NCBI RefSeq assembly: GCF_964194155.1 | Contig: NC_135901.1 | Span: 27,218,001 to 27,282,000 of the forward strand | From: Cetorhinus maximus | Taxonomy: Eukaryota | Reading direction: 5' to 3' | Length of the DNA stretch: 64,000 nucleotides | Part shown: piece after piece, positions 61,470-64,000 of the stretch | How the letters are laid out: every line of letters starts with the position of its first letter | How positions within the stretch are numbered: the first letter of the stretch is position 1 | Made by a program: the position numbers and the translations under genes | Notes under the pieces: model-generated | What the model was told of the DNA's origin: nothing | The model's input: the letters and a program-made list of their open reading frames with translations, nothing else | Database searches by the model: none

Positions 61470-61740
61470 GAGTATTTCTGAAAAATGAGACATGCTGTTG
61501 AAGTTTTTTGTCTTGCATTCATCAGGACAGATGCAAGAACACCAAATGTCAAAGGGAACAACAATTTATACTGACTGAGAAACAGGGTGTTGATTGGTTG
61601 GCACATGTACCCTGATTGGTTGAGGAGTTGCCATGGGGAATGCACCAGGGAATAATTGTCCACCAAGCTTTTGTTTAATTTAAAAGGTGAAATGCCTGGA
61701 CAAATTCCTTTTGCCTGCAGAGGACCGGGTTCTGCATACA
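61470..61740 (-). mobile_element. Penelope-like pseudo-LTR with decayed hammerhead motif (61496-61529)
   Basis: Colinear with 20040-20290. Confidence 0.6.
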
Positions 61741-61749
61741 AATACAAAA

Positions 61750-62312
61750 GATCCCAAGGTCTGGATCTGGTTCACATCTTCACCAAATGTAATCATTTCT
61801 TCCTTGGGCCATACCATATTTGCATACTATGCTTGTTCAAATCCAACCGTTAGTTTTTGAGATGTATTAAAGACAGACAATCAAGGATGAAAACATGCTC
61901 TGTATCTGCAAAGCAGAAAAATATTAATGTATTTATTAACAGCGTCCATCTGCACATCCAACAACCTGTTCTGAAAACTCTGCTCACATTTTGACAGCTG
62001 TGACAAATTCCACCCCAGCAGCAGAGACAATCCACAACATTCGAAAACAATCAGCATTAGAAATAAAGCAAACTACAACAATCGAAAAGAAAAGGTCGAC
62101 TCTCCCGATCTCCCAATGTGTACGGATCCCTTCAAAAATTCCAGGATTCGGATCCTCACCAAAAACAAATCAGTTCTTCCGTGGGCCATATCCAGTCGGC
62201 GTACTGAGTTTTGTTAAAATCCATCCATTAGTTTGGGAGATAAATTGTTTACAGACAAACAGAATAACAGGGATGAAAACATTATCTCCGCCCATCTTCA
62301 GTGGCAGAGGTA
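61750..62312 (+). mobile_element. Possible non-autonomous Helitron/Helentron-like element
   Basis: Two related ~150-bp blocks (61750-61900, 62130-62290) and a terminal hairpin CTCCGCC...GGCAGAG. Confidence 0.35.
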
Positions 62313-62569
62313 CTTTCAGTACATTGAGCAGCCCCGATGTCTATTCTCAGCCAGCATTGCACAGGGGGAAAAGGGCTGGATTCTCAGACCAGCAAGTCAA
62401 GGCACCCTCTTTAAATGGCCACTTCCCGCAATGGATTTAGTGGCCTCTGAAGAGAAGCAGCCTCGGTCCACACTGGGAGTTCTTGTGCCCCCCCAGTCAG
62501 CTGGCTCATGCTGATTCATGGTCCTGCTGGACAATCTGCCTGGAAGGATAGGAGCGGGTCCATGTAAAA

Positions 62570-62950
62570 AGAAACTTGCTTTCATATAGGGCCTTTAACC
62601 ACCTCAGGGCACGTCAATGCGTTTCACTGCCAATGCAGCTCTTTCTCACGTGTAGTCATTGTCGCAAAACTGGCAGCCAATGTTTGCACAGCAAGCTCCC
62701 ACCGTCGCCAATGTGACAATGACCAGATCATCTGTTCTTACTGATGTTGACTGAGGGATAAATATCGGGCCCCAGGACACCGGGGGTGAACTCCTCCCCT
62801 TCCTGCTCTCCTTTCAATTGTGGCCTTCAATTCAGTCTTGTACATCCACCTGTGAGGGCAGATGGGACCCTCGAGTTAATGACTTACTCGAAAGATGCTC
62901 TCCCTCAGTATTGGGACTGGGAGTGTGGGCCCTGGAGTATGGGGGCTCGA
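62570..62950 (-). mobile_element. Deu-domain SINE, internally deleted
   Basis: Colinear with 53875-54100. Confidence 0.55.
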
Positions 62951-62959
62951 GTCTCTGAA

Positions 62960-63295
62960 GAATGTGTGTGCATCTCAGTGCTTTTCCAGTCACGCTGATG
63001 TTAAAAACCTATTGAATCAGATAGAACAGCCAAACATTTCTCCTTCTAAATTCAAAGGCCAATGAAGTTCAGGTCCTGATGAATCGAGTGACTCTGTCAG
63101 AACTTGATGTGATGTTTGGTTTGAGGTTTCTGTCTACAAATCCTCCCCTTCTGTTATCCTGTAAAAGGAGTTTACAAAAGTCATCACTGTCAGTTCAGAA
63201 CCAACAATTCTAGTTTCTATGGAACATTCTTTCCTGTCTCATTCCCCAAAAGCTGTAAATCACCATCCCACACACCCTCCCTCCATTCTCATTCT
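62960..63295 (-). pseudogene. Remnant L: acceptor and start of the finger exon only
   Basis: Colinear with 24765-25105 and 39420-39715; truncated at the SINE boundary. Confidence 0.75.
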
Positions 63296-63764
63296 ATTGC
63301 CGAATGGGCTCCTTCTGTGCCATGATGAGTCTATGACTGGAAATATATTACGTAGCTAATGTACTATTTTACAGGACTAGAAATAATAATAAATGTACTT
63401 TATTACAGAACCATAAATAATATATCTAATATGTACCATATAACAACACGAGACATATCTCTGTTCTTACAATCCCTGTGGAGGCCGATAACCTTAAATT
63501 AAACAAATTTCCAAACAACCCCAATGGAATAAACTGAAGGACAAGGTTTCACTTTTTAAAACCTTTACTATAACAATCAAACTAAAACCCACATAAATGA
63601 AGCATGCATTAAGAGGCAAATCGTATTTGAACAGACAAGATAAATTTGACTTTTAACAGCTCATACAATAAAAACAGATTCCACAAAATCCCCAGCATTT
63701 CCCCCCTCAGCACTAATTCCAGTTACAGAGTCCCACACCTCTCTGTATTTCCCAGGGGGAGGGG

Positions 63765-64000
63765 AAAGAAAGTGTTTTACTCACAGATGTTGGACACAGG
63801 AGGAAGTGTTAGTCTGTGTGTGAAGCTAAAAACAAAAGCTGTGCTGTTTAAAAGCAAACTGGGAAGAAAATGAAGGGAAGACATTTTGCCAAGTCCCCTC
63901 CCCTCCCCCACTCCCTCAGCTGGCAGCCCAGCACACAGGCGCAGAGAGCGCTGCTGAGCCGAGCTGTCCAGAGCAGGCGCAGTGCGGCTGCTGCCAGTGG
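63765..64000 (-). promoter_or_regulatory. Exon-1 donor of remnant L and start of a further CpG-rich promoter
   Basis: CATCT/GTGAGT donor near 63784; GCGCA-rich sequence at the window end. Confidence 0.5.

Overview
Vertebrate genomic DNA, most likely a cartilaginous fish (inferred from the repeat mix: CR1/L2 LINEs, Deu-domain SINEs, Penelope elements). The window is a cluster of paralogous tandem C2H2 zinc-finger genes: five intact ATG-initiated arrays of 8-21 fingers with a normal acceptor, one intact array missing its acceptor, one ACG-initiated array, and about five frameshifted or remnant copies. Most sit head-to-head on CpG-rich bidirectional promoters assembled from three interchangeable arm types. 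The proteins are finger-only and begin at an ATG that replaces the Gly codon of a TGEKP linker (TMEKPW). Upstream, a 51-nt exon, a 50-nt mini-exon and the start of the finger exon join into one reading frame encoding a ~75-aa N-terminal segment plus three more fingers, now broken by stops shared between paralogues. The spacers hold solo LTRs with target-site duplications (one three-layer nest), a Copia-like element that may supply the 3' end of two genes, Penelope repeats with minimal hammerhead ribozyme motifs, and an ~840-bp degenerate interstitial telomeric array. Splice models and family names are by eye; no searches were run, and repeat boundaries without a TSD are approximate.
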